Source: Cyanophora paradoxa CCMP329
Taxonomy: Eukaryota > Plantae > Glaucophyta
Assembly: GCA_004431415.1 (NCBI GenBank)
Contig: QPMI01000516.1
Coordinates: forward strand, 124,001-188,000
Length of the DNA stretch: 64,000 nt
Direction of reading: 5' to 3'
The notes under the pieces are model-generated. The model did not search any database. It was given only the letters and a program-made list of their open reading frames with translations, and was not told the origin of the DNA. A program made the position numbers and the translations under genes. Within the stretch, counting starts at the first letter, position 1, and every line of letters begins with the position of its first letter. Of this stretch, positions 63,481-64,000 are shown piece by piece.

Positions 63481-64000
63481 GGACCCCGCTGCTGTCGGCC
63501 CGCCCCCCGCCACCACCTTGCCGACGCCAGCCGGGGGCCTGCATATGCATGCACTACAGCTGGATCTCTAGCCTGCCGTCCCTCGACTGCCCATGCAAGC
63601 AGACGCACGCACGCCGAGCATATGCATGCACATGCATCCACAGACAAAATCACCGACCTCAGGCATCTGCCCACGGACAATTGTTAACGCTAGCTACAGC
63701 TAGCTGTAGTCCTAAGACAGCCCAAACTCTGACCCGGGGGAGGAACAACCGGACGGGTACAGCAGTCAGCACCCTGGACGGCAATCCATTCGCACCGCTG
63801 GCGCGGCTGGGCGGCCGGATGGCGCCTGACGACGATGCTGACAGCAACGACGACCCCAACGCGGCGGCTGACCCCCGAACTGGCCGTGGCCCGGAAACCG
63901 GGCCGGGATCGAAGCGACAACGCCCGCAGTCGGCAGAGCCGGCCACCCCGTCCCGCCGCCACACGGAGAAGTCTATGCGTGGATACAGGCCGGGCGACAC

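Noticed and set aside
60559-63571. Three ~960-985 aa ORFs over the satellite
   Set aside because: The GC repeat has almost no stop codons in any frame and the unit length is usually not a multiple of 3, so these are not credible unspliced proteins.
1-64000. Prokaryotic operons, defence systems, tRNA or rRNA genes, alternative genetic code
   Set aside because: Genes are spliceosomal-intron rich, stops within gene spans fall in introns under the standard code, and no structural RNA gene was recognisable by eye.

Overview
A GC-rich, very intron-dense eukaryotic (protist/algal) segment. Tiny exons, C-rich 50-100 nt introns and divergent F-box/LRR genes resemble the glaucophyte Cyanophora paradoxa, but that identity is an unverified inference. 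Most long ORFs in the six-frame track are GC artefacts, so I spliced the genes by hand. About 12 genes: NHL-repeat protein (-, partial), membrane-anchored subtilisin with a PPC-like domain (+), bHLH-ZIP (+), myosin VI-like myosin with a giant repetitive tail (+), F-box/LRR (-), internally duplicated PPR-like protein (+), F-box/LRR (+), Cys-repeat/ricin-like protein (-), MGCGCSK protein of unknown function (-), LRR protein (+), DUF4062-STAND-TPR (NPHP3/TEP1-like) protein (+), and a membrane/beta-helix protein (-). There is also a TA-flanked MITE within TE remnants and a ~140-bp GC satellite of ~20 copies. Main unexplained signals: (1) many introns contain direct and inverted copies of their own splice junctions in palindromic filler, some resembling introns newly formed by duplication; (2) about 15 of ~34 donors in one gene are weak-consensus GC; (3) the myosin carries a myosin-VI reverse-gear-like insert; (4) an identical 30-nt block lies upstream of two unrelated genes.
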